Shown here in pieces: positions 1-9,438 of a stretch of 64,000 nt of DNA. The position numbers were made by a program, and so were the translations under genes. Where the stretch lies: contig CAVUKB010000004.1 in NCBI GenBank assembly GCA_963741955.1, positions 192,001 to 256,000 of the forward strand. Direction: 5' to 3'. Under the pieces are notes generated by a model. That model was not told the DNA's origin. It worked only from the letters and a program-made list of their open reading frames with translations, and did no database searches. Positions within the stretch are counted from its first letter, which is position 1. Each line of letters opens with the position of its first letter. Source of the stretch: an uncultured Acidobacteriota bacterium. Its GTDB lineage: Bacteria; Acidobacteriota; Thermoanaerobaculia; Gp7-AA8.

Positions 1-2
1 GG

Positions 3-737
3 CTAGAGGCTCGGGCTTCCAGCCTCCCTCAACACTTCTTCGAATTTTGCGAGGAGCTCCACGGTGGAGCCGACCGGTTCGACGCCGGGGGGAGGGAGCT
101 CCTTTCGCTCGAGGCTCCGGACGAAGAATCCGTGGCCGCGGGCGGCGGCCCATTCGAGCGCCGCGAAGTCGGTGATGTCGTCGCCCGCATACACGACGCG
201 TGAGGCTCGCGACTCCTCTGCGAGGAAGCGGAGCGCATCGATCTTCGTGAAGCCGGGAACGGAGGCCTCCAGGACGCAGCGGCCTTCGATGGGGTGAAGG
301 CCGTTGGCCTCGGCCCAGCGCGCGAATTCCCCCACCAGAGGGTGGCGCCGATTCACTCCCTCGGCGGTCCGCCAGTGAACGGCGACACCGTACTTCTTCT
401 TCTCCAGGGTGAGGCCGCACTCCCCGACCTGCCGCATCCACTCGTCGGGAGGACGTACGGTGAGGGGTTTGCCGGAGCGGAGAATCCGGCCCTCCGGATC
501 GGCGACGTCGAGCCCGTGCGATCCGCTGCGCCAGGCGTGGATTCCGGCGGTGCGGAGGGTCAGGTCTTCCAGGTCGCGCCCGGAGAGGAATGCCACTGAC
601 ACGCCGTCGCGATTCGAGGCGTTCTCGAGGAGCTCCCGCGCCTCGTCGCGGATGACGACATCCTCCGGCCGGTCACGGATATCCGCGAGGGTTCCGTCGA
701 AGTCGCTGGCGAGGAGAAGCTCGATGGCGTGGTTCAT
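3..737 (-). CDS. otsB: Trehalose-6-phosphate phosphatase (HAD family)
   Basis: HAD motif I DFDGTL, SGR, GSHG, GDDITD; directly downstream of otsA. Confidence 0.92.
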   Translation of the reverse strand: MNHAIELLLASDFDGTLADIRDRPEDVVIRDEARELLENASNRDGVSVAFLSGRDLEDLTLRTAGIHAWRSGSHGLDVADPEGRILRSGKPLTVRPPDEWMRQVGECGLTLEKKKYGVAVHWRTAEGVNRRHPLVGEFARWAEANGLHPIEGRCVLEASVPGFTKIDALRFLAEESRASRVVYAGDDITDFAALEWAAARGHGFFVRSLERKELPPPGVEPVGSTVELLAKFEEVLREAGSPSL

Positions 738-777
738 GAGGTCGTCCTTCCGGGGTGGCTCGACGAACCGCTCCGGA

Positions 778-3009
778 TCAAAGCGGCTGATGATGATCGC
801 GCCAGGAGGCGTTCCGTCGTTCCCAGATCTCGGCGAGATCGCTCAGCAGCGACGCCGACCAGTCGTAGATGGTGTTCTTCTCGACGGATGCGCGCATTGC
901 CGTCATCCGTGCGGTGCGCTCGGCCGGTGACATGGTGAGCACGCGGTAGATGGCCTCGGCGACCTCGCTGGTGTCGTAGGGGTTGACGACCACGGCTCCT
1001 TCCAGTTCGGTCGCGGCACCGGTGAACTTGCTGAGGATGAGGGTGCCGTCGGAATCGGATCGCGACGCGACGAACTCCTTCGCCACGAGATTCATCCCGT
1101 CGTGGAGCGGCGTGACGAGTGCGACGTCGGCGGTGGCGTAAAGGGCGCGCACTTCCTGCGGTGTGAAGTGGCGGATCTGGAGCATGATCGGGATCCATCC
1201 GTCGCGACCGTATTTACGGTTGATGCGGGTGGCGGTCTCTTCGAGCTCGCTCTGAAGGTCGCGATAGCGCTTGATGTGGGTGCGGCTCGGGGCCGCGATC
1301 TGGGCGAGCACGAAGCGACCCACGAGATCGGGATGGCTGCTCAGGAGCGCGTCGACCGCTTCGACCTTCTCGATCAGTCCTTTGGTGTAGTCGGCGCGAT
1401 CGACGCCGACGGCGACGCGCATCTCGGGATCGATTCCGAGCTTCTGGCGGATCGCCGCTTTTGCGCCCTGGTCCACGGGAGGGTAGGGCCATTGAACGCT
1501 GATCGGGTACGGCTTGACGCGGGTGACGTGTCCCTGGAATTCGACGGTCATGGTCTCCAGAGCCACTTTGCATTCGAGGTAACGACTCACGGTGTTGAGG
1601 AAGTTGAGGCAGTGATAGCGGGTGTGGAACCCGATCACGTCCGCGCCGAGCATTCCGGTGAGGATCTCTTCCTTCCAGGGGCAGATGCCGAAAACTTCGT
1701 CGTTCGGCCACGGGATGTGCCAGAAGAGACTGATCACGCTTCCCGGTGCGAGTTCTCGCAACTCGGCCGGAAGGAGCGCGAAATGATAGTCCTGCACGAG
1801 CACCAGTCCGTGCTCGCGCGCTTCCTCTGCGGCGGCTTCGGCGAATTTCCGGTTCACGATCTGGTATTGCTCCCAGTCTTCGGTCCGGAACGTGGGACGC
1901 GCGTGCGCGATGTGGCAGAGCGGCCAGAGCCCCTCATTCGAGAAGCCGTAGTAGTAGCCTTCCTCTTCGCGCTGGGTGAGCCAGACGCGCCGGAGGACGT
2001 ATTCCGGCTGGTCGGGGGGGACGGCGAGGCGCCCCTTCGGATCGGCGACCTCGCGATCGGCGGAGCCACTTCCGTGACCGACCCAGATGCCTCCACACGC
2101 CCGGAGGAGCGGCTCGACTCCGGTCACCAGACCGCTGGCGGGACGGTCCAGCCGGATCCGCTCGCCGTCGCGGACGTGGATGTAGGGTTCGCGGTTTGCG
2201 ACGAGAACGAGCGGCGTCTCCGGCATCCGTTCGGCGACGAGATGGCGGAGCCGCTCCGGACCCGCGACGTGATCTTCGCCACGTTCGCTGCGGAGGCGTG
2301 CCACTGTTGCATTGAGATTATCGAGGATGCGACTCACGTCGGGAGGGAGATCCGTTTCTTCTCCGCGCGCCGCACGGCGGAAGAGGTCGAGCATCCGGCG
2401 CCCCTGTCGTACACGCATCGCCCGCGCTGCCTGATAGAGAGCGAAGGCGATGATGACGATGGCGAGGATTCCTCCGGCCAGCGCGATCCGGAGGAGTCCC
2501 TGCCGGCGCGACCAGATGAAGCCCTGGTCCTGAACCACCAGAACGCGGGCGTGGGGAATCTTCTGCAGCGGATAGACGGAGATCTGAACATCGTTGCCTG
2601 CGAGGTAGGCAGAGATCGGCTCTTTCGCTGCGAGGGCTCGTTTCACGAACGTGGAACGGCAGCCGAGGATGCTGGCGACGGCGCGATTGCCGAGGCTCCG
2701 GCGGTCGGGAAAACAGATCAGGACTCCGATCAGCCGGCTGTCAGCAGACATGTTCTCCAGACGCTCGACGAGGTCGGCGTCGGGTAAGGTTCCGATGTCC
2801 GGCTCGAGAGCGCGTACGACGAGCTCTGCCCGGCGCTCCAGATCCCGCTCGTGCCACGAGCGGACCGCCGAGTCGGCCCAGAGCACACCTCCGGTGAGAA
2901 TGGCGATGAAGACGACCATCGCCGCGATGGCGAAAATCTGGTCGTCGAACGGCCGGCGGGTGCCGGGTTTCTGAGGCATTGGTTCTGGTTCGGGTTGCAT
3001 CATCATCAT
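778..3009 (-). CDS. otsA: Trehalose-6-phosphate synthase (GT20) with N-terminal TM-periplasmic-TM extension
   Basis: [37 protein letters not shown] motifs. Start moved to the MMMMQ run (or 2979) because the ORF-track extension to 3285 is translated repeat. Confidence 0.9.
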   Translation of the reverse strand: MMMMQPEPEPMPQKPGTRRPFDDQIFAIAAMVVFIAILTGGVLWADSAVRSWHERDLERRAELVVRALEPDIGTLPDADLVERLENMSADSRLIGVLICFPDRRSLGNRAVASILGCRSTFVKRALAAKEPISAYLAGNDVQISVYPLQKIPHARVLVVQDQGFIWSRRQGLLRIALAGGILAIVIIAFALYQAARAMRVRQGRRMLDLFRRAARGEETDLPPDVSRILDNLNATVARLRSERGEDHVAGPERLRHLVAERMPETPLVLVANREPYIHVRDGERIRLDRPASGLVTGVEPLLRACGGIWVGHGSGSADREVADPKGRLAVPPDQPEYVLRRVWLTQREEEGYYYGFSNEGLWPLCHIAHARPTFRTEDWEQYQIVNRKFAEAAAEEAREHGLVLVQDYHFALLPAELRELAPGSVISLFWHIPWPNDEVFGICPWKEEILTGMLGADVIGFHTRYHCLNFLNTVSRYLECKVALETMTVEFQGHVTRVKPYPISVQWPYPPVDQGAKAAIRQKLGIDPEMRVAVGVDRADYTKGLIEKVEAVDALLSSHPDLVGRFVLAQIAAPSRTHIKRYRDLQSELEETATRINRKYGRDGWIPIMLQIRHFTPQEVRALYATADVALVTPLHDGMNLVAKEFVASRSDSDGTLILSKFTGAATELEGAVVVNPYDTSEVAEAIYRVLTMSPAERTARMTAMRASVEKNTIYDWSASLLSDLAEIWERRNASWRDHHQPL

Positions 3010-3055
3010 GACGAATGGCTCGCGACCGAGCCGCGGCGTACGGTTCGGGCTGCTT

Positions 3056-3070
3056 GCGAGACTGAGGCCA
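3056..3070 (-). promoter_or_regulatory. Candidate sigma-54 promoter of otsAB
   Basis: Minus strand TGGCCTCAGTCTCGC: GG-N10-GC spacing, imperfect match, about 47 bp upstream of the start. Confidence 0.3.
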
Positions 3071-3110
3071 GGTCCCCTTTTACATATCATGGATCGTCTT
3101 TCGGTGCCGT

Positions 3111-3285
3111 GAGGGAGAGGGAGAGGGAGAGGCGAGAGGCGAGAGGCGAGAGGCGAGAGGCGAGAGGCGCGGGGGGAGAGGCGCGGGGTTCGAGGCTCGA
3201 GGCTCGAGGCTCGGAAAGCATACGGGAGCAGAGACAACGGGGAGCAGAGACAACGGGGAGCAGAGACAACGAGGTGCGGAGACAA
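3111..3285. repeat. Short tandem repeat cluster (GAGAGGC and TCGAGGC heptamers; 16-mer GGGAGCAGAGACAACG x3)
   Basis: Directly visible tandem repeats between the MocR stop and the otsA start. Confidence 0.9.
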
Positions 3286-3341
3286 GGGGGAGCAACGCGC
3301 ACGAGGAAGCCGAGGATTGGTGCCGGAGAGGGAGAGCGGAT

Positions 3342-4664
3342 TCAGGCGAGGGAAGTGAGCTGGTGAGGGCGGAGGACGGCGGCGAGGTCCTTTGCGAAAC
3401 GCGACGCGTCATCCTCGTGCAGCGCGGAGATGGTGACGCGGATCGCAGGCGGGGTGCGAAGGCGGAAGCGCTCGCCCGCACTCACGGCCCATCCGCGGTC
3501 GCGGAGTGCGGTGACGACGCTGCTCTCTCCGGGGACGGGAATCCAGACATTGAGCCCCGACCGGCCGTGGGCTTCGATTCCTGCCGATTTCAGCGCGTCG
3601 AGAAGAGCGCGGCGGCGTTGGGTGTAGGTTCGTGACGCGGCACGAAGTGCGGCGCGGCCTCCGTGTCCGCCGAGGAGTGCGAGAGTCAGCTCCTGCAGGA
3701 CGAAGCTGACCCAGCGCATCCCGACGCGCTGGCGCGCTTCGACGCGACCGACCGTCAGGGGGTCGCCGGTGAGGAACGCGACCCGAAGGTCGGGACCGAG
3801 GAATTTCGAAACGGAGCGAACCACCACCCAGTGAGAGATCTCGCGGATGGCGAGGGTTCTCGCGGCGATGCCGGCCACCGGACCCGCGTGATCGTCTTCC
3901 ACGAGGAGAATCGAGGGGTGACGCCGCAGGATTTTCCGGAGCGCGGTGACGCGAGACTCGGAGAGGGCGGCTCCGGTCGGGTTCTGCGCGCGCGGGGTGA
4001 CGATGAGCGCGCGGACGTCGGAGGCGAGTGCGCTCCGGAGATCTTCGGCGATGGGACCATCGTCGTCGACGACAAAGGGAACGGGGATCAACCCGAGCGA
4101 TGCGACGAGATGGAGGATGCCGTGGAAGGAGGGGTCTTCGACGGCCACCCGGTCGCCGGAGCGGAGGTGCTCGCGGAGGACGCGCTCGATTCCGTCGAGC
4201 GCTCCCGCGACGACGGCGACCGGGCCGTGGGGGATGCCGTCGCGATCGAGCTCCTGCCGGACCAGACGCACGAGGCGCGGATGCGCGAGCTCCTCCCCGT
4301 ACAGACGGATGCCGGGGTGGAGCGCGTGGAGGGCCGCGGAGAAAGGGGGGAGAAGCGCCGGATCGGGATTGCCGTCGGAGAGATCGTGAAGGGAGGAGGG
4401 GACGGGCGGTGCGGGGTTCGTGGCGAATTGCGGGCGAGGCTGGATCCGGGTTCCGCGGCGGCGGTCTCCGGCGGCGACGCCGCGGTTTCGGAGGATGCGG
4501 TAGGCCGCGGCGACCGTCCCGGGACTCACACCGAGCTCGGTGGCGAGGGCGCGGACGGGAGGGAGGAGGTCTCCGGAGGCGAGCTCGCCGGCGTCGACCA
4601 TGGATTCGACCGCGGCGGCGATATTGACCGCGCCGCTCCCGGTGAGGTATTTTTGTATAGTCAC
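3342..4664 (-). CDS. MocR/GabR-family (PtsJ-like) GntR regulator with PLP aminotransferase-like domain
   Basis: N-terminal wHTH LPPVRALATELGVSPGTV; C-terminal EDD, SVSKFLGPDLRV. Confidence 0.9.
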   Translation of the reverse strand: MTIQKYLTGSGAVNIAAAVESMVDAGELASGDLLPPVRALATELGVSPGTVAAAYRILRNRGVAAGDRRRGTRIQPRPQFATNPAPPVPSSLHDLSDGNPDPALLPPFSAALHALHPGIRLYGEELAHPRLVRLVRQELDRDGIPHGPVAVVAGALDGIERVLREHLRSGDRVAVEDPSFHGILHLVASLGLIPVPFVVDDDGPIAEDLRSALASDVRALIVTPRAQNPTGAALSESRVTALRKILRRHPSILLVEDDHAGPVAGIAARTLAIREISHWVVVRSVSKFLGPDLRVAFLTGDPLTVGRVEARQRVGMRWVSFVLQELTLALLGGHGGRAALRAASRTYTQRRRALLDALKSAGIEAHGRSGLNVWIPVPGESSVVTALRDRGWAVSAGERFRLRTPPAIRVTISALHEDDASRFAKDLAAVLRPHQLTSLA

Positions 4665-4689
4665 AAAGGTTAGTTTGTATCAGAACAAA
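4652..4689. promoter_or_regulatory. Twin palindromic operator TTTGT-N6-ACAAA x2
   Basis: Boxes at 4652-4667 and 4674-4689, 22 bp apart, in an AT-rich patch between divergent genes. Confidence 0.7.
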
Positions 4690-4693
4690 GGAG

Positions 4694-5395
4694 ATGTCAA
4701 TGGCCTCCTACGACTCCACTCCACGGACCAGAGTCCGCCGCAAGCGGGAGCGCGGCACCCACGAGAGTGAAGTGATCCACTCCATCCTCGACCAGGCGAT
4801 GATCTGTCACGTCGGGTTCGTCGACGAAGGCACCCCGTTCGTCATCCCCACCATTCACGCCAGAGTGGGGGAGGTCGTTTACCTTCACGGCTCGCCCGGA
4901 AGCCGGATGCTGAGGATCGCCGGGTCGGGCCAGGAGATCTGCATCACCGCGACGCTGGTCGACGGCCTGGTGCTCGCGCGCTCGGCGATGCACCACTCGA
5001 TGAACTACCGCTCGGTGGTGGTTCTCGGCCGCGGTCGGGCAATCACCGGACGCGAGGAGAAGCTCGCCGCGATGCACGCGATCGTCGAGCACGTCGCGCC
5101 GGGTCGCTGGAACGAGAGTCGCGAGCCGTCCGAGAGCGAGCTCGCCGCGACCGCAGTGGTCGCGGTGGAGATCCGTGAAGCGTCGGCGAAGCGCCGGAGC
5201 GGTCCACCCGTGGATGCCGAGGCGGATTACGTCCTGCCACATTGGGCGGGAGTGATCCCGATGCAGATGATGATGGGCGAGCCTCTTCCGGATCCACGAC
5301 TCGAAGGCGAGCTGCCGCTCCCTCCGTCGGTCGAGGCGATGGTCGAGATGCAGGAACTCGGGGAATCTTCCGTTTCGGGACGCGACGGGGTATAA
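4694..5395 (+). CDS. Pyridoxamine 5'-phosphate oxidase-like / NimA-like FMN-binding protein
   Basis: CHVGF, PFVIP, YLHGS, DGLVLARS..HHSMNYRSVV; commonly divergent from MocR genes. Confidence 0.88.
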   Translation: MSMASYDSTPRTRVRRKRERGTHESEVIHSILDQAMICHVGFVDEGTPFVIPTIHARVGEVVYLHGSPGSRMLRIAGSGQEICITATLVDGLVLARSAMHHSMNYRSVVVLGRGRAITGREEKLAAMHAIVEHVAPGRWNESREPSESELAATAVVAVEIREASAKRRSGPPVDAEADYVLPHWAGVIPMQMMMGEPLPDPRLEGELPLPPSVEAMVEMQELGESSVSGRDGV

Positions 5396-5409
5396 ATCTC
5401 CCACCCCAC

Positions 5410-7260
5410 GTGAACGCCACGGAAGAGCTGATCGCGCCGAACGCCCGCCGCGCTCCCCGCGCCCTCCGCCGCGCCATTCTTTGCGCGATACCCATCGTAA
5501 CGGTGCTCGCGGTGATGTTCGCGATCCGGATTCCGCTTCTCACCGCGGCGGGTGTGGTGCGCGGGTGGAGCAGCGACTCCGCCATCATCGCGATGATGGG
5601 GAAGAAGATCTACGAAGGACGCGGGTTCGACATCTTTTTCTGGGGTCAGAATTATCTCGGTCCGCTCAGTGCGCTCTACACTGCGGCGGCCGCGGTTCTG
5701 GTTAGGATTCTTCATCCGTCGGAGAACATCTGGCCCCTCGCCTCGAGGATCGGAAGCATCGCCTGCTACGCCTCGGGCGTGGTCTTCTACTGGCTCGGCT
5801 TCCGCCATGTTTCGGAGCGCGCCGCGGTGATCGTGGCGATTTTCCTGGCGATCGGCCCTCCCTTCTACTTCCACGATTCGGTCATCTCGTACGGTCCGGA
5901 GATGGCGTTCCTCCTCGGCGGCCTCCTTTTCTGGATCGGAGCCGGCCAGCTGACCGCTTCTCCCGGCCGCGGTCCACTCGATTCTTCCGCGGGGCGTTTC
6001 GCATTCGGTCTCGTTGCGGGGCTCGGGTGGTGGATGAACCAGGGAGTGGTCTTCTCTCTCGCAGGGATCGTCTGGGTCCTGGTGATGCGAGCCTCCTGGT
6101 ATCCGGCGTTCCGGGCGAAATGGAAGATCGCCGACCGGCTGCTCGTCCATACCGAGCGGCTGGGGTGGGAGCCGCTCGCTTCTGCCGCCCGCTTTGCGCT
6201 GCTCGGAGTGGAGAGCCTCGCGCTCATTCAGATCGTGCTGTTCGTGATCGATGATCTCGCGCCTCTTCCGTTCAACCTCTTCTTCCTCTATTCACCGCTG
6301 CTGGAGCCACTCCTCGTGGTGGTCGTCCTTCAGTTCGTGCTGGCGGTTCGTGGAGGTGAGCTCCGGATCTCGCTTCACGGAGCGAAGCGAGGGTCGGAGG
6401 CCGCGGCCGGAGAGCTCCCGCGTCCGTCACAAATTCATCGCGGATTCCGTTTGATCGTCCCGGTCGCAATCGGTGCCGTGATCGGGTATGCACCGGTCTG
6501 GCTCGGCGGGATGCTCGGCTGGTACGAGCGCTCGTATTCGTTCTATATCGACATCAACTATCCCCGGGGACTCTTCGTCGAGACGATCCTCACTTTCACT
6601 CGCGCGCTACCCGAGCTGATCGGCGCCGGCGCGGCACCGCTGGGCGCACTCTGGGGCGCAGGAGTGGTCGTGCTTCTCGGGTGGAGCGGGTGGCGTAATC
6701 GACGGGAGGTCGTGGCGTTCATCTTTCAACAGCCGGCGCGCTGGGGCGTGACCGGTCTGGCAAGTGCGATCTTCACTGCGAACCTGGTCTTCTTCTGCAT
6801 CGGCCAGCGTCCGCTGGGGAAAATGCATTACCTGATCGCGGCTCTCCCCATGGCGTTCGGCGTGCTCTCGATCGAGATCGAAGCGGCGGCTCGTCTCGGA
6901 AAGCGACAGGAGTTCCTGATGTCCGTTCTCCTGCTCCTCGGAATCGGATCTCTCGCGCTCGGCGCCCGAACCGTGACGGGCTCGATTCTCTCGGAGCCGG
7001 ATCCGATGAGAGTGGTGAGATCGATCGAGCGCGAAGGATACCGGGTCTGTTACGCGGACTTCTGGGTTGCGTACAAAGCGGAGTTCCTCTCCGGAGGTCG
7101 AATCCGGTTCATTCCCTACCTTTCGCAGGACAGGACGCGCCGCGAGAGCGCGGCACTCGAGGCGTTGCCGGTGCCGAAGTGCATCGTGCGCTCCGATGGG
7201 ACCGTTGCGAGGTTCACCGCCGCCGACGTGCCGACGTCAGTGGTGACACCGCGGCGTTGA
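5410..7260 (+). CDS. Multi-pass membrane protein, putative GT-C fold glycosyltransferase
   Basis: Many TM helices; first loop SSDSAIIAMM..IYEG..FFWGQNYLG; C-terminal soluble domain with ADFWVAY. Start (GTG) uncertain. Confidence 0.6.
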   Translation: MNATEELIAPNARRAPRALRRAILCAIPIVTVLAVMFAIRIPLLTAAGVVRGWSSDSAIIAMMGKKIYEGRGFDIFFWGQNYLGPLSALYTAAAAVLVRILHPSENIWPLASRIGSIACYASGVVFYWLGFRHVSERAAVIVAIFLAIGPPFYFHDSVISYGPEMAFLLGGLLFWIGAGQLTASPGRGPLDSSAGRFAFGLVAGLGWWMNQGVVFSLAGIVWVLVMRASWYPAFRAKWKIADRLLVHTERLGWEPLASAARFALLGVESLALIQIVLFVIDDLAPLPFNLFFLYSPLLEPLLVVVVLQFVLAVRGGELRISLHGAKRGSEAAAGELPRPSQIHRGFRLIVPVAIGAVIGYAPVWLGGMLGWYERSYSFYIDINYPRGLFVETILTFTRALPELIGAGAAPLGALWGAGVVVLLGWSGWRNRREVVAFIFQQPARWGVTGLASAIFTANLVFFCIGQRPLGKMHYLIAALPMAFGVLSIEIEAAARLGKRQEFLMSVLLLLGIGSLALGARTVTGSILSEPDPMRVVRSIEREGYRVCYADFWVAYKAEFLSGGRIRFIPYLSQDRTRRESAALEALPVPKCIVRSDGTVARFTAADVPTSVVTPRR

Positions 7261-7297
7261 TCGGGCGGCCGCTTCGTTGCGAAGGGCGCCTCCGCGC

Positions 7298-7312
7298 TGG
7301 TATCTCAATTGC
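7298..7312 (+). promoter_or_regulatory. Candidate sigma-54 promoter
   Basis: TGGTATCTCAATTGC, GG-N10-GC with TTGC, about 65 bp upstream of ATG 7378. Confidence 0.55.
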
Positions 7313-7377
7313 TCTCCTGAGAGATGCGGGCGTCGCCAGGCGCTCGACGAAACTTCGACGAAGCCTCAGGAGAGCCC

Positions 7378-7971
7378 ATGTCTGACCTCGAATACAGACC
7401 GAAACAGAGAGGATCGGGTTGGGCCTGGCTGATGGTGCTCGTGGCGGTGCTCGCGGTGATCTGGATTCTGGTCGCATGGCTCGGCCAGCGACGCTCCGCG
7501 GCAGCGACCCGCGAGACATCCACGACCGCAGCGGAGATTCCGCTGACCACAGTTGCGACCTCGGATCACAACTCGGGTACGGCCATCACCGACCTTCTTC
7601 CCATTCTCTCCACCGCCGATCCCACCACACTGATCGGCAAGCGTGTCCAGCTTCTCGACGCTCCCGTCCAGACGGTCCTCGGCGATCGCTCCTTCACCAT
7701 CGGCCCGGACCGGAAGGATCAGCTCCTCGTCGTTCTCGACGGACAACCGACGCCCGGTACGCCGATCGAGAGGAGGGTCGACGTCGATCACGGAGACGTG
7801 GTCGACGTGACCGGAACGATTCAGTCCATCCCGCCGGTGGAGACCGCGCGCAGGGAGTGGCAGCTCGGCGGAATGAGCGACCGGGAGATCCAGAACCGCC
7901 CGATTCTGGTTCACGCGGAGAAGGTGACCAGGCGTGCGGCGAAACGGGAGCGGAAGTCGCAGTCTTCGTGA
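7378..7971 (+). CDS. Hypothetical membrane-anchored protein (possible OB-fold-like periplasmic domain)
   Basis: AGGAGA RBS; single TM WAWLMVLVAVLAVIWILVAW; GDVVDVTGTI. Confidence 0.7.
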   Translation: MSDLEYRPKQRGSGWAWLMVLVAVLAVIWILVAWLGQRRSAAATRETSTTAAEIPLTTVATSDHNSGTAITDLLPILSTADPTTLIGKRVQLLDAPVQTVLGDRSFTIGPDRKDQLLVVLDGQPTPGTPIERRVDVDHGDVVDVTGTIQSIPPVETARREWQLGGMSDREIQNRPILVHAEKVTRRAAKRERKSQSS

Positions 7972-8000
7972 CGAGGTTCTGCTCGTGCAGTTTGCCCGTT

Positions 8001-8048
8001 CCCAGGGCTCACGCCCTGGGCTACAGATATATCGTCTGCTTCGCGGAC
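8001..8048. repeat. REP-like palindrome CCCAGGGC-TCAC-GCCCTGGG plus small GTCTGC-TTC-GCGGAC hairpin
   Basis: Perfect 8-bp inverted repeat just after a stop codon. Confidence 0.6.
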
Positions 8049-8099
8049 TTCGTCAGCCGCGCCTCGGCCGGCGCCCGCTCTCGATAGCCTCGATCCGGG

Positions 8100-9250
8100 G
8101 CGATGAAGAGGGAAGTTGTGGCTGGACGCGAAGCGTCGGTGCGTTCGGCTGCGCGCGTTCTATGGGGGTGCGGATCCTCCGATCCGCCGCGCGAATCGTG
8201 TTGCACGCGCTGAAGAGGGAAATTGTGGCTGGGCGCGAAGCGTCGGCGGTTGCATCGAACCGCTCCGCTTCTGCCGCAGGGATGGTCTCGATCCGATCTG
8301 AACGCGAGTGTGGCGTGCGGATCAGAGGATCCGCGCTCCCCTCGGTGCTCGGACACCTCCGCGCTCGCTCCCCACGGCGCTCGCTCCTCGGCGCGTTCCG
8401 CTGCGCGCGTTCTATGGGGGTGCGGATCCTCCGATCCGCCGCGCGAATCGTGTTGCACGCGCTGAAGAGGGAAGTTGTGGGTGGGCGCGAAGCGTCGGCG
8501 GTTCGAAGCGTCGGCGGTTGCATCGAACAGCTCCGCTTCTGCCACAGGGATGGTCTCGATCCGATCTGAACGCGAGTGTGGCATGCGGATCAGAGGATCC
8601 GCGCTCCCCTCGGCGCTCGCTCCCCACGGCGCTCGCTCCCCACGGCGCTCGCTCCCCACGGCGCGCGTTCTATGGGGGTGCGGATCCTCCGATCCGCCGC
8701 GCGAATCGTGTTGCACGCGCTGAAGAGGGAAGTTGTGGGTGGGCGCGAAGCGTCGGCGGTTCGAAGCGTCGGCGGTTGCATCGAACCGCTCCGCTTCTGC
8801 CGCAGGGATGGTCTCGATCCGATCTGAACGCGAGTGTGGCGTGCGGATCAGAGGATCCGCGCTCCCCACGGTGTTCGGACACCTCGGCGCTCGCTCCCCA
8901 GGGCGCGCGCTCCTCGGCGCGTTCGGCTGCGCGCGTTCTATGGGGGTGCGGATCCTCCGATCCGCCGCGCGAATCGTGTTGTTCGCGATGAAGAGGGAAA
9001 TTGTGGCTGGACGCGAAGCGTCGGTGGTTCGAAGCGTCGGCGGTTGCATCGAACCGCTCCGCTTCTGCCGCAGGGATGGTCTCGATCCGATCTGAACGCG
9101 AGTGTGGCGTGCGGATCAGAGGATCCGCGCTCCCCTCGGTGTTCGCACCCCACGGTGTTCGCACCTCGGCGCTCGCTCCCCTCGGCGCGTTCCGCTGCGC
9201 GCGTTCTATGGGGTGCGGATCCTCCGATCCGCCGCGCGAATCGTGTTGTA
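8100..9250. repeat. Tandem array of about 250-270 bp REPIN-like units (4 full plus partial)
   Basis: GGGGTGCGGATCCTCCGATCCGC at 8164, 8416, 8674, 8942 and about 9210; the first four are each followed by the inverted partner GCGGATCAGAGGATCCGCGCTCCC. Confidence 0.9.
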
Positions 9251-9438
9251 CCCGGACTCTGGCCCGGATACCGTCTCCGGAGCGCGGTCGAAATGTCGCG
9301 TCCGGTTCAAGGGTCGGTTATCATCTCTGAACCTGTGATCGGGGCAAAGCGTGACCTTTATCACTGCCGTATCGATCGCCATCGCTCACGATACAGGTGC
9401 AGGAAGTGGCGCGGCCGCCACCTCACCCCTCAATTCGA

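Noticed and set aside
3010-3285. N-terminal extension of otsA in the ORF track
   Set aside because: Consists of translated heptamer repeats (SRLSPLA)n; similar over-long starts were trimmed for ppc, the MutS-like gene, citF, the homoaconitase and tolC
8100-9250. CRISPR array (also 29493-30125)
   Set aside because: Sequence between the palindromes is itself repeated rather than unique spacers; the period is too long; no cas genes
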